Below, one piece after another: positions 38,151 to 50,484 of a stretch of 64,000 bases of DNA (position 1 is its first letter; every line of letters begins with the position of its first letter). The position numbers and the translations under genes are program-made. The DNA lies in NCBI RefSeq assembly GCF_031769215.1, contig NW_026782426.1, forward strand, positions 682,001-746,000. Reading direction: 5' to 3'. Under the pieces are notes generated by a model, which did not search any database, was not told the origin of the DNA, and was given only the letters and a program-made list of their open reading frames with translations. Source of the stretch: Ylistrum balloti. Taxonomy: Eukaryota.

Positions 38151-38954
38151 AATGTCATTTCTCTCTCTCAGGAACCAGTTGTACTGATCATGTCACCAAC
38201 CCAATCCCTATCTCTGTGTACAGAACCAGTGTTAACCATCTATCACTAACTCATACCTTTTTAATTGCATTCCTCTTTGGAATGTGTGTCTATTATAAAA
38301 ACTACAAGAACATGATAATTTAGGTATAATACCATGATGACCTATATGTTTTATCAACTGATTGGGTCAATTTATCTGTTCCATATGAAGTGACATCTTG
38401 TCAATCGAAGGTCTCAGTATGACAACTTTGTCATCAACAGAGCAATAAATACACATTTGCTTTTGTCTCAACTGAAAATAGGACCTGTTGAAAACTGGAT
38501 AAAATGCTTTCATATCTTCTGGACAATGAACCGACAAAATTATTCATATATATGTATGTAATTTTTTTTTTTTTTTGACAGAATATAGGAAAATAATCGA
38601 TTTTAGATTTTGGTGTGACATGTCAGCTTCATTACCTAATGGTGTATTTCATTAATGAGTTCTAATCAACTAGCTTAATGTTTTCATCAAATAATTAATG
38701 TGATAACATTTGTGTAATAACTAAAATATTTGTCATAGAATAAAACACCTGTTTTTGCCAGTTAAACAGATGTTGGAAAAGGACATAACCTGGCTATTGT
38801 TTTTGCTTGATGTAGTAACAAATGGCATGTATTGTAAGCTTAAATCAATATATATTCACTGTAAGAGGTCAAAATGCACACAAAGTGATGAAATCTATCT
38901 CAAATTTGCCTTACCAAACTAAACTGTTTGGTGCTGGTTTTTATTCTGAGATTG

Positions 38955-39380
38955 TAGAATCTACTATTCAGTGTCACATCACAATGATGCTTGCTGTTAC
39001 TGGACACAAGTAGAATCTAGTGTTCAGTGTTGGAATCTGTTCTAAATTTGTCATCTATTCTGTATTTTATGTCTGATCAAAATGATGCTTGCTGTTACTG
39101 GACACAAGTAGAATCTAATATTCAGTGTTGGAATCTGTTCTGAATTTGTCATCTATTCTATATTTTATGTCACATCTCAATGATGCTTGCTGTTACTGGA
39201 CACAAGTTGAATCTTTTGTTTGGTGTTGGAATCTGTTTAATGTATTCTTTTCTTAGTCTGTATTTTAAGTTGTAGATAAATGAGGTTGCTGTTACTGGAC
39301 ACAAGTAGGGCCTGCTGTTTGGTGTTGGAATATTTTAAAACATGACGAATGATTTTTTCATGTTACTGAACACAAGCAGG
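38955..39380. repeat. 98-bp tandem repeat, ~4 progressively diverged copies
   Basis: AATGATGCTTGCTGTTACTGGACACAAGT at 38983, 39081, 39179 and ~39280. Confidence 0.9.
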
Positions 39381-40752
39381 CACCAAAGTGTTTTATGACA
39401 CTATGATATGACATTATCTCAGGCAATATAACCCAGAGCCTGTCAATACTGTTCTGATATTAAATACAACCAACCTATAGTTTATGTTAAAGAGACAAAA
39501 GTGAAACAAAAACGATCCCTAGAAAAACCCTTTAAACATTTCAACACTTTTTTCTTTTAATTGTCTAAGGTTTAAAAAGTATATAAATGACCTAAATTTT
39601 GTTCAACTATGAAAGAAATACAAAAAATTAGCAAAACATTGATCCTACATTGAAAAATTAATTTTCTATCTTAATATTATCAAATAAAAGTTTTTTTATT
39701 TTACTAAAATTCACAACAAAATGAATACATAGGAGAATACCTTGGTTAACACAGCTACTGATGTGTGATGTCAGTGGTAGTCTGGTAAATCCAAGTCAGG
39801 TATACGATAATCACAGGTAGAATAAGCATGTCAGCCCTGGTAACAGCTGCATAGCAACACTTTCTAGTCAGAATTGAACTTTAAAGATCCCTTTGACAAA
39901 ATATCCACAGTGAACATGTGTACCTGCCAACAAATTCAGCCCAGAATGACAATTTAAAGATCCATTCACCAACAAATCCCGAGAAATAGTAGTTCAATAT
40001 CCTCTGTTAGATTTCAGGTAGTATTTAATGGTGTAACGAACAGTGCCAATATCCTGTCTATGAAATGTGAGGATAGCTGTCAGTATAATACTGCAGCAAT
40101 GAAGGGTCGTCAATACTGTGTCGTACGAGTCGTCAATAATGTATCTGAGGATTCATCAATACCATATCGGAGCACCGTAGGACACCGTTCAACACCTTCA
40201 TACACAGCTTCCCACCAAACACTAATCTACGGTCTCCTCTACATCAATTTGTCTGCCTTAATGAATACTACGCGCTACATCGTACGCATGGGTCGCTGGA
40301 GCGTGCCACCTCTGGATGAGGTCGCTGAAGTGTGGCCCCTGCTTTTACTTGGTCTGAGGTATTGGAGATCCTGAGTGAATTATCCCGTTACACCAACAAT
40401 CGGCCCTAAAGGTAATACTAGGAAAAGCGTTAGATCAAACCCTGTCAGGCACTCGGGAAGATTGGAATTCTGTCATAGTGTTGTAGTGTTACATCTTCTG
40501 GCACAGCTAAAGAGTTGGTAACGGTGTCCAACAGTTCACGATCTTACTTACACCTCATCTGATACTACAGGCCTGATAACCAAACACTGGGAAACTGTTA
40601 TGTCTGACCAAACTGTGAAATCTATATCAGGAGAGTTTGGATTTGTGTTATAGCTGCAGCATATTAAACATTTCAGAGACAAGAACACGATGAATGGTGA
40701 TGATCGCATAGAACTTATATAAAGGGTATAATATCTACTAGCAATATGGATA

Positions 40753-40922
40753 CAGACAAACCTGTCTTAAAGGCCACTTAAATACCTGTCCATAAAGACC
40801 ACTGGATTGGAGTTCCTGTGTAATACCATTAATATTAATTAAACCTCTCTATAAAGACCACCTGTCTATATAGACCACTTTTTTCTGTTCCTTTGGGTGA
40901 CCTGTAAAAAGACCAGTTTGTA
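40753..40922. mobile_element. MITE, same family as 29987-30165, opposite orientation
   Basis: TA|CAGACAAACCTGTCTTAAAGGCCAC at the left end; reverse complement is colinear with the 30-kb copy; right terminus eroded. Confidence 0.75.
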
Positions 40923-41299
40923 TATAGTTTCCTACACTGGCAGATAGCTATTATAGAACTTTTGTTTCATATAGAGAAGCTGAAACTGACCTTTCTATAA
41001 AACCCAGTGCCATTTAGATATAGGGTAAAGATTTGTCTATAAGCTGACCTCCATTCTCACAGTGAAGCAGTGTCTGCCTAGAACAACATATGGACATGCC
41101 TATTACCCTGTGTGGGAGAGAGCTCACACTAATGCATTGCGTTGGCTTAGCTGAAACTTTTTCTATGCTTTCCTTATATATAGCTGTGCTGGCTATGAGT
41201 CTAGCTGCCCCATACAGCTGTGTTAGCTCCTAGCCTATCACAGAGATCAGGCAGTCTGTATTATCTATTCTAGTCTTACATGGATTCAATAGCACATTT

Positions 41300-42400
41300 A
41301 CAGTGAGAGATGTCTTTGGAGTCGACCATAGTATTAACCTGTCTATAGTGGTCATCCTATTGACCTGTCCAGTCAAAACCTGTCTTTAGAGACCATCCAT
41401 TTAACCAGTATAGTAATAACCTGTCTATAGAGGTCATCCTTTTGACCAGTCCAGTCATATCATGTGTATAGAGACCATCCATTTAACCAGTATAGTAATA
41501 ACCTGTCTATAGAGGCCATCCTTTTAATCAGTATAGTCAACACAAGCTTTTAGAGACTGTCCTTTTTACAAGTACAGCGAAAACCTGTCTACAGAGACCA
41601 TCTTTTTAACCAGTAAAGTAATAACCTGTCTTGTAAGACCATCCTTTTGACCACAGTAATAACCTGTCTTTAGAGGCCATCAATTTGACCAGTACATTGA
41701 TAACCTGTATTTAAAGACCATTGTTGTAACCACTACAGTAATAACTTGTCTAGTGAAATTGTGTCTTTAAAGACCGCCCTTCAGCCCATTATAGTAGAAC
41801 CTGTCTAGAAAGACTGTCCTTTAGATCATTATAGTAGAACCTGTCTAGAAAGACTGCCCTTCAGTCCATTATAGTACAACCTGTCTAGAAAGACTGCCCT
41901 TCAGACCATTATAGTACAACCTGTCTAGAAAGACTGTCCTTTAGATCATTATAGTAGAACCTGTCTAGAAAGACTGTCCTTCAGACCATTATAGTACAAC
42001 CTGTCTAGAAAGACTGTCCTTTAGATCATTATAGTACAACCTGTCTAGAAAGACATTATAGTACAACCTGTCTAGAAAGACTGCCCTTTAGATCATTATA
42101 GTAGAACCTGTCTAGAAAGACTGTCCTTTAGATCATTATAGTACAACCTGTCTAGAAAGACTGCCCTTCAGACCATTATAGTAGAACCTGTCTAGAAAGA
42201 CTGTCCTTTAGATCATTATAGTACAACCTGTCTAGAAAGACTGCCCTTCAGCCCATTATAGTAGAACCTGTCTAGAAAGACTGCCCTTCAGACCATAATA
42301 GTAGAACCTGTCTCAGCAGTCCATCCTTTCAACCATTTTATTAATAACCTGTCTTGATCAACACTGAGAGACACTTTAAGACCATTTGAGACACCTGTCT
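41300..42400. repeat. ~40-bp tandem array resembling the MITE terminus; homogeneous core 41791-42312
   Basis: Core unit TATAGTA(G/C)AACCTGTCTAGAAAGACTG(T/C)CCTT(T/C)AGA(T/C)CAT; older variants AGTATAGTAATAACCTGTCTATAGAGG(T/C)CATCC at 41330-41780. Confidence 0.92.
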
Positions 42401-43399
42401 TAAGAAGTCATTGTCAGATCATTACAAATAAAAACACTTTGAGTGATTACTGCAGTGAATGTAAAAATTTTAATCAAAATCTCACAGTATCTTAATCTTA
42501 TGAATAACGACAAAGCCCCATCAATGACAGATTAAGTGTACATCTGTCTACAGTCAGGACCAGACTGTCTACACTTACGTATTCCTCAGGTGTAAAACGA
42601 CAGACAATTTTATTGTCGTATTCAAGAGACCAGCCCATCCACTTGTATCAATGATAATTAATTCTCGGAGCTCTCCTATAGTATCATTGTCATCGTTATT
42701 GTATAAACACACCACTCTCTGCCATATCCTTGTCAAAATTGACCGGACACCCTGTAGTTGTTGTATATTCTGGACATCTAATTGTTTGCTCAAGACTAGT
42801 GACAATGTATCCACACAATATGGTTCAGACACCACACAGCCTTGCCATAGTCAATACTTTGATAGGAAACTAGGTGCTAACCAATACACAGCTTTCAACC
42901 ATCCAAACAAAAAGTAACAGGATTTTGACCTACAGCTGATCTAACTGTCACACAGGAGTAAAACTTCTTCCAGATAAAATCATGATACCATCTTGGTCCT
43001 CAGAACTCTTTATAGCATTCTAATTATTGAAAAACCTGATTTTGAATAGTTACGTTTTAAATGATGCATTTTTTACCTCCATCATTCTGACTGGTTTAAC
43101 ACCAGAAGGATGATGCATGATGGCGGCAGGATATTACACCTAGGATCGATCTTGATTGATAAAAAAAAGTTGTATCATTGAACCGTTTTAACTTTATCAG
43201 AGGTATATAAATAAATTCTGTTTCAAAACAAAATGTAGAATGGAGGAGAAATTTGTAAACAAATGAAAATGCAGAATTTGGTATGAAAGCTGTGGAGAAT
43301 GTTGGTCTATATCAATCAAATGTTTGTAACATATCACCTGTGTTTGTTGACGTGATGATAAAGATTCTTCAAAAAAAGCTATCAGGAAAAAAATTTACA

Positions 43400-43438
43400 A
43401 AATAAATAAATAAATAAATAAATAGATAAATAAATAAA
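43400..43438. repeat. (AAAT)n microsatellite
   Basis: AAATAAATAAATAAATAAATAAATAGATAAATAAATAAA. Confidence 0.9.
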
Positions 43439-43794
43439 GAAAGAACAAACTGCTATTAATCATGTATATCACATATAGTAGGTATTAATCTATTATTGTG
43501 TGACAGGTATAGTCTGATGACTATATATAGTAACATGTCATGTGACTACTTGTCAAACATTCCTATTTGAAGGTTGTGTCAGGTTGGATATACACAAATT
43601 GAATTCACCTTGATATGATGTCAATAACTGTACAATGTATGTATACATAATAAGGAGCAGGTCGTGTGACTGCTGTCAATAAAATTCATTACTCCCGTTG
43701 GGAGGTTGTTAAATTCTCCAGTATACAAATCCTCATATAATTCTAACGTATAGCCTCCATAAGTGTATGAAGACAGAATATCATCAAGGGACAT

Positions 43795-44310
43795 GTGAGT
43801 CGCCTCCCTCACAATTTAAGTCATCATTCCCATGGGGATGTTGGTACGTGGCTGTGGTAGACAAATCCTCACATCACCCAAACAAACAGTCAATAGCTGT
43901 CTAGGAATATGCAATATGACTCCCTTTCAGTAATGAGAGTCAGTATTCCTAGTGGGAATTCATCACATGTCTTGGGTTCACAAATCCTCAAAACAACCCA
44001 AGGTAACCTCAATAAGTGTGATATGACTCCATTGAAGTTTTGGAAGTCAATAGTCCTAATGTGAGGTCAATACATGTCACAGATAGACAAGTCCTCATAT
44101 CACCCCAAAGTAAGGTCACTAACTGTGATATGACTCCACTTCTGTTTTGAAAGACAATAGTCCCAATTTGAGGTCAATACATGTCACAGATAGACAAATC
44201 CTCATATCACCCCAAGGCAAGGTCAATAAGTGTGATATGACTCCATTGAACTTTTGAAATCCAGTCGCAATGGGAGGTCAAAAAACATCTCAGGTAAACA
44301 AATTCTCACC
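43795..44310. repeat. 107-bp diverged tandem repeat, ~4-5 copies
   Basis: GATATGACTCC at 44020, 44127 and 44234; GACAAATCCTCA(C/T)ATCACCC recurring. Confidence 0.85.
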
Positions 44311-45789
44311 TTAATGTAGGGACATATTTATACTTCCATAGAACCAATGGTACACTTTATTATATCTTCATCAGAAATATGGAAAAACGACACCACTTTA
44401 TTCAGCATTAGTCAGATTAAAACCACTTGTACAAAGATTGCTACTCCATCAATCATCTAGCCATGTACTTCAGAACATCAGTCAATGTTGACCAAATGAC
44501 TCATCAGTTTGTTCTCCCTCAAAAAAATTAATATGATGTCAAATACCAAAACAATGACCAACTGACCACCTGTTAAATCAGACTAGTAAGGACCAGGTTC
44601 ACAGTGTATAATCCTCAGAGTAGATATTCATTATGAATCGGAGCTGTCGTAATTTCATCATGTATGTTGCCCGCATCACTTTAGAACAGAGCAACCATCA
44701 CTTTGGCTAGTAATTCAATCTCATGAGTAGGATATTGTTCTGTACAATAAAATCTGGCCACTGGAATGTCCAGTTTTAGGACCCTGCATGACCATAGGCA
44801 TGTTAGGGACGAGCCCATCACTTAATGGTCACATTGATTATTTTGGTTAGGGACGATCCTCACCAAACCTGATATTTTCTCCACATTCAATTACTTACAG
44901 TTCAGTGATTCAGATCTGTACAGACAAGAGGCCTGTCAAATCTACTTTGTCAAATGACCTAAATTATTTCTTCAAAATATCTTTCTTGAATTTACTGAAT
45001 GTCTAACTGAATCTTCAGCGAAAATATCCAGAATCCTTCGATGAACAGCAACATCACCGAAACTCATTAATTTCCGTTACAAGGAAATTATTCTAAATTT
45101 TTTCCCAAAGTTGTTCATGGCCACAATAATTAGGTTTAATTTTATTAACAACCATCAATAAAGACCATCAGTGACAGTATCAGAATGCAGGTTTGACAAT
45201 AAGCAGAATTACCTCCCTTATTCATGTATGACCAACATAGAAATTCAATATCTGAACAAAACAATGATTAGTAACATGTGAGTTCAAGAAATTATGAATG
45301 TTTTATAAAGTAAAAAATTATGTTCTAGAAATATTTTTAAATGAAACCAAATCAACTAAATGGGTAAAAAATGTGTGTTCATAGTCATATGAATCTCAAT
45401 AAATTAATTTGCATTCATCAATTGATCTATTTTTCATTTACAAATGCAGAGCTTTTTTTTTTTGTTTTTGTTCAGATATCAGATCAGGCGTTCTGATTTA
45501 GGGTTAACACTTGAGCTCTTTAATGAGAAACTGTAGCCTATAAAACAAAGACGAGTGACAAAACGTCCGATTTTCTCAATAATAGATCAATTTCACTAGT
45601 CTGTAACTCTCCAATTTCCTCCATCTTCTCCGTTTTATAAAAAAAAATCTCAGGTTGTTGTAGATTTTATTTTCTCTGCCTTACAATCCATGAAATCTTT
45701 TCTGTCTAACTCAACCTAAGGCTTCCCCATGATGAGTAGATAACCTAAATCATATCATGCCAATATCCACATTGTTTTTATTTTCCCAT

Positions 45790-46490
45790 CTTGTCTGCCT
45801 TTCTGATTCAGTTCTCAATCATTACCTCAGTTGTCTGCCTTCCTTTTACCTCCCTCTATCATCATCACAGCTGTCTCCCTTCCTTTTACCTCCCTCTATC
45901 ATTACCTCAGCTGTCTCCCTTCCTTTTACCTCCCTCTATCATTACCTCAGTTGTCTCCCTTCCTTTTACCTCCCTCTATCATTACCTCAGTTGTCTCCCT
46001 TCCTTTTACCTCCCTCTATTATTACCTCAGTTATCTGCCTTCCTTTTACCTCCCTCTATCATTACCTCAGTTGTCTCCCTTCATTTTACCTCCCCCTATT
46101 ATTACTTCAGTTGTCTGCCTTCCTTTTACCTCCCTCTATCATTACCTCAGTTGTCTGCCTTCCTTTTACCTCCCTCTATTATTACTTCAATTGTCTCCCT
46201 TCCTTTTACCTCCCTCTATTATTACCTCAGTTGTCTGTCTTCCTTTTACCTCCCTCTATTATTACCTCAGTTGTCTCCCTTCCTTTTACCTCCCTCTATC
46301 ATTACCTCAATTATCTCCCAACCTTTTACCTCCCTCTATCATTACCTCAGTTGTCTCCCTTCCTTTTACCTCCCTCTATCATTACCTCAGTTGTCTCCTT
46401 TCCTTTTACCTCCCTCTATCATCATCTCAATCGTCTCCCATCATTACTCCTCTGTGTATCAGTTTTACCATCCCCCAGTTGTCTCCCCTT
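45790..46490. repeat. 40-bp pyrimidine-rich minisatellite, ~17 copies
   Basis: Unit ATTACCTCAGTTGTCTCCCTTCCTTTTACCTCCCTCTATC. Confidence 0.97.
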
Positions 46491-47273
46491 TATAGCACCA
46501 CCTTCACTTTCTTTTATCAGCCATGCACCAGTAATGTTATTTATGGACACAAGTGTAGTATAATTATTTGGAAATAAAATTGGATGGCTAGCTGTTCTAG
46601 AATCATAAGGGGAGTAGAATTCAGTGTTCAGATTGAAAGAAAACTATTATAACCAGTAACAATGGCTATTCATTGACCAGATGCACAAGTGGCTGAAGTG
46701 TGCAATTGACAGGTCAAACTGACCAATGACAATTTTAATAATCAATGACTTGTCTGCCGACACTACCCTATTTTTGATACATGTCTGACAAACATAATTC
46801 CATAATGTTAACATTCTAGATTTAGTCCAAACAATGTTGACAATTCTGGAAAATATACATGATTCCTTTACCAGAAACTCCATTTCAACTGGAAAATGGC
46901 GGTTGTAAAATTGATGGATTGAAACAATACCAGGTTGCGATCATTTCAGCCTTACGTTACAGTTTTATAATGTCATTATATTGTCCTTGGGATCTTTTTG
47001 TTAGTCCGGTTATTTGATCCAGCTTTTCAGGAAGTAAATTGAAACCAGATAATCATGGGTTGTATATCAGAAACAATGTAATATACAAACAAACGGCAAT
47101 TATAGGCCTATAATAACAGTTTGTTGTTATCTGACATTGTACATAACACCACATTATAGATATGATGTTTACATTTGGTGAAGTCTGCTCTGTGTTTCTC
47201 TATACATAGCTGTGCGCAACTTGTCAAATAAAGGTCCCTTCTGTAAGCTTATTGGTCCAAACTTTCCATCAGC

Positions 47274-47345
47274 TCCATATTGCTAAATCATTCTCCAGCT
47301 GGTGGCTACCTCACTGAACACCAAACGGAAGGTCCACATGCATTC
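47274..47345 (+). CDS. Short coding-like fragment paralogous to 6561-6638 (SILLNHSPAGGYLTEHQTEGPHAF)
   Basis: 14 of 24 aligned residues identical to the 6.5-kb fragment; possible acceptor CTTTCCATCAG just upstream. Confidence 0.4.
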
Positions 47346-47465
47346 CCGAGCAAAAGGGGTACATGAAGTGTTTCAGCCAAGGCCTAAACCATGACAGCAC
47401 AGAACAGGTGTCAATTTCTTGATAAACAAAAATGTCTAACTGTGGTTGTAAGCCGATAAACACAG

Positions 47466-47673
47466 TAGGATCTATCTTAGAAGGTCCAGTTTACACAGGT
47501 ATCCGGATGAGACAGGTTTTGTTGATGTAGAAATGTATACTGTAGGGTCTATCTTAGCAGGTCCAGTTTACACAGGTATCCGGATGAGACAGGTTTTGTT
47601 GATGTAGAAATGTATACTGTATACAGGTATCTAGATTAGAGAGGTTTTGTTGATGTAGAAAGGTATACTGTAG
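47466..47673. repeat. 77-bp duplication plus a partial third copy
   Basis: TCTATCTTAG(A/C)AGGTCCAGTTTACACAGGTATCCGGATGAGACAGGTTTTGTTGATGTAGAAATGTATACTGTA at 47471 and 47548. Confidence 0.9.
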
Positions 47674-49249
47674 TCTTTATTGGCAGGTTTAGTTGGCACC
47701 AGCTCAGTTGACATGGAAATGTAGATTTTATTTATCTAATTAACTGCATTTTTATTTTTCAATTTTCAACTGTCATCAATGTTTTTTTTAAGGTACAGTT
47801 TACTGCCAATATCATCTGGTTTTCTGAATCACTATCTCAGCCTAGGACAGCCACCTGAAGAGCAACTCAGATTTAATTCCACATGTTATATGTAACAACT
47901 GGAGACAAAGCACACTGAAAACAAACCAGAACAACCATAAAACGTCTCTGTGACATGTTAACAAGGCCCAAAGGACACCACCAAGAGACCAGACCACCGT
48001 TCCCCCATTGTCCTACCTCCAGTAAAAAAAGAGTTCCATTACCGGAGGGTAATATTAAGCCCTGCACTGTGTAGCATACTAACGCTGGTATTACACATTA
48101 TGATGCTATGATGTGACAGTTATTCACCAAAATCACAAGACATCTGATACCATTTCATTGTCTCCAGTGAGTATATATACAAATCAATGATTCGAGAGGG
48201 AAAAAACCATTTCTAGGATGACATCGGAATTTTTTTTTATCTCCGGGGTCTAAGGTCGAGCATTAACTCTGTTTTAAGACAAGACCCTCCGTCACTTTTA
48301 ATGGACAATCAAACTTGAAACATCCCGTTTTTTCGTGTGTCTTCGTGATGATCAGTTTTTCTGTTGTGAAGTAGTGGTAATCAGGACGGTATGATGCTGT
48401 ACAATTCTCTCTCATCATCAATTAACACACACTAGACTCTGTAATTGTCAAATTATATCATATCATTGTTGACTTTAGAAATAGTATGAGGATTCAATTT
48501 TACATTTATCATTGTAAAAGGTACATTGTCATAATGAAGATGCAAAAACTGAATTTCCCCTGCAATATAATTAATATACACAGGGGACCAACATACAAAC
48601 CCTGTCTCAAAGTCAAGGGACCACACAAGAACCAACACATTAATCTCTAGCTCAAAATCAGGGGGTGGGCTTATTACAGGATAAAGACATAGAAATTGTT
48701 TACGATTTCATTGAACAGCAGTACGTGGGTGGGCTTACAGTTATATGGTAACATGCTGCATCATTAGGGACCAAGTTTCTATCACTTTCCGGTGTTCATC
48801 ATATCAACATGTTGCTTTTTAAATTCATATGCTCTACTTACTGTTTTGTATTTCCATTGGGACATTGCACTCTTTAAAACTTAAAGCCTCAGAAAAGAGG
48901 ATTTGCATGCCTCCATATTAGGAAGTATTATTTTGTCTACTATAAATCAAGGGGTCAACACTTTCTTACAGCGGCGGTTTGTGTTTATCAGTTATCTGAG
49001 AAATGACAGCCTGTGCTGATGTGGCAGAGACACTTTACCCTAATTATTTGCACTAGATGACATGTAATGGGCCTCCTGTATGTTGTTCAGTGTGGGAGAC
49101 ACCAGTTACTATAAGGAGAATCGCTGTTCATAGGGAAGTCAAACCCAGCCAAGAAACATTCCTTTTATACTCAATGACAGAAGAAGAGTATGGTCAGTAG
49201 CCTATGACCGTGATGCTCACCTGTACAACATGTTAGTGTCAGAACCATG

Positions 49250-50320
49250 GGTCACCAACAAAGGGGGAAGGGTAGCATTGATAACTCAAGGTCCTGATGC
49301 TTATGTACATTGTGGGTTACCCACAGAGGGGGAAGGGTATCATTGATAACCCAAGGTCCTGATGCTTATGTACATTGCGGGTTACCCACAGAGGGGGAAG
49401 GGTAACATTGATAACCCAAGGTCCTGATGCTTATGTACATTGCGGGTTACCCACAGAGGGGGAAGGGTAACATTGATAACCCAAGGTCCTGATGCTTATG
49501 TACATTGTGGGTTACCCACAGAGGGAGAAGGGTATCATTGATAACCCAAGGTCCTGATGCTTATGTACATTGCGGGTTACCCACAGAGGGGGAAGGGTAA
49601 CATTGATAACCCAAGGTCCTGATGCTCATGTATACTGTGGGTTACCCACAGAGGGGGGAGGGTATCATTGATAACCCAAGGTCCTGATGCTTATGTACAT
49701 TGTGGGTTACCCATAGAGGGGGAAGGGTATCATTGATAACCCAAGGTCCTGATGCTTATGTACATTGTGGGTTACCCACAGAGGGGGAAGGGTAATATTG
49801 ATACCCTAAGGCCCTGATGCTCATGTATACTGTAGGTTACCCACAGAGGGGGAAGGGTATCATTGATAACCCAAGGTCCTGATGCTTATGTACATTGTGG
49901 GTTACCCACAGAGGGGGAAGGGTATCATTGATAACCCAAGGTCCTGATGCTTATGTACATTGCGGGTTACCCACAGAGGGGGAAGGGTAACATTGATAAC
50001 CCAAGGTCCTGATGCTTATGTACATTGCGGGTTACCCACAGAGGGGGAAGGGTAACATTGATAACCCAAGGTCCTGATGCTCATGTATATTGTGGGTTAC
50101 CCACAGAGGGGGAAGGGTATCATTGATAACCCAAGGTCCTGATGCTCATGTATATTGTGGGTTACCCACAGAGGGGGAAGGGTATCATTGATAACCCAAG
50201 GTCCTGATGCTCATATACATTGTGGGTTACCCACAGAGGGGGAAGGGTAACATTGATACCCTAAGGCCCTGATGCTCATGTATACTGTGGGTTACCCACA
50301 GAGATTGAAGGGTAACACTG
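49250..50320. repeat. 65-bp minisatellite, ~16 copies
   Basis: Unit CCCACAGAGGGGGAAGGGTA(T/A)CATTGATAACCCAAGGTCCTGATGCTTATGTACATTG(T/C)GGGTTA. Confidence 0.98.
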
Positions 50321-50415
50321 ATTCATGATTTACTGCACAGGAATTAATTAGGATGGGCTTATTACCAGGCATGGGCTTATTCCTGAATAAACATTGTAAA
50401 GTCTTGTTTTTTCAG

Positions 50416-50484
50416 GTGGACTTCCTGGATCTTTAAAATCCCAATTTACTGATAATCTGTATAAAATTGTGGAAAAGAAAAGAG
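50416..50484 (+). CDS. Candidate short symmetric (phase 1-1) exon, xGLPGSLKSQFTDNLYKIVEKKR
   Basis: Strong acceptor GTCTTGTTTTTTCAG; donor AGAG|GTATTT (alternative TTT|GTAAGA after 50506); frame open. Could be chance. Confidence 0.2.

Noticed and set aside
42590-42655. TILLSYSRDQPIHLYQ resembling a WRAP53/TCAB1 WD40 motif
   Set aside because: A stop follows immediately and no other WD40 sequence is seen; probably chance.
43621-43812. Protein-like minus ORF (SYTYGGYTLELYEDLYTGEF..)
   Set aside because: No credible acceptor, its start overlaps the 107-bp repeat, and an equally plausible + exon overlaps it.
45757-46577. 234-268-aa ORFs in three frames
   Set aside because: Translation of the 40-bp minisatellite.
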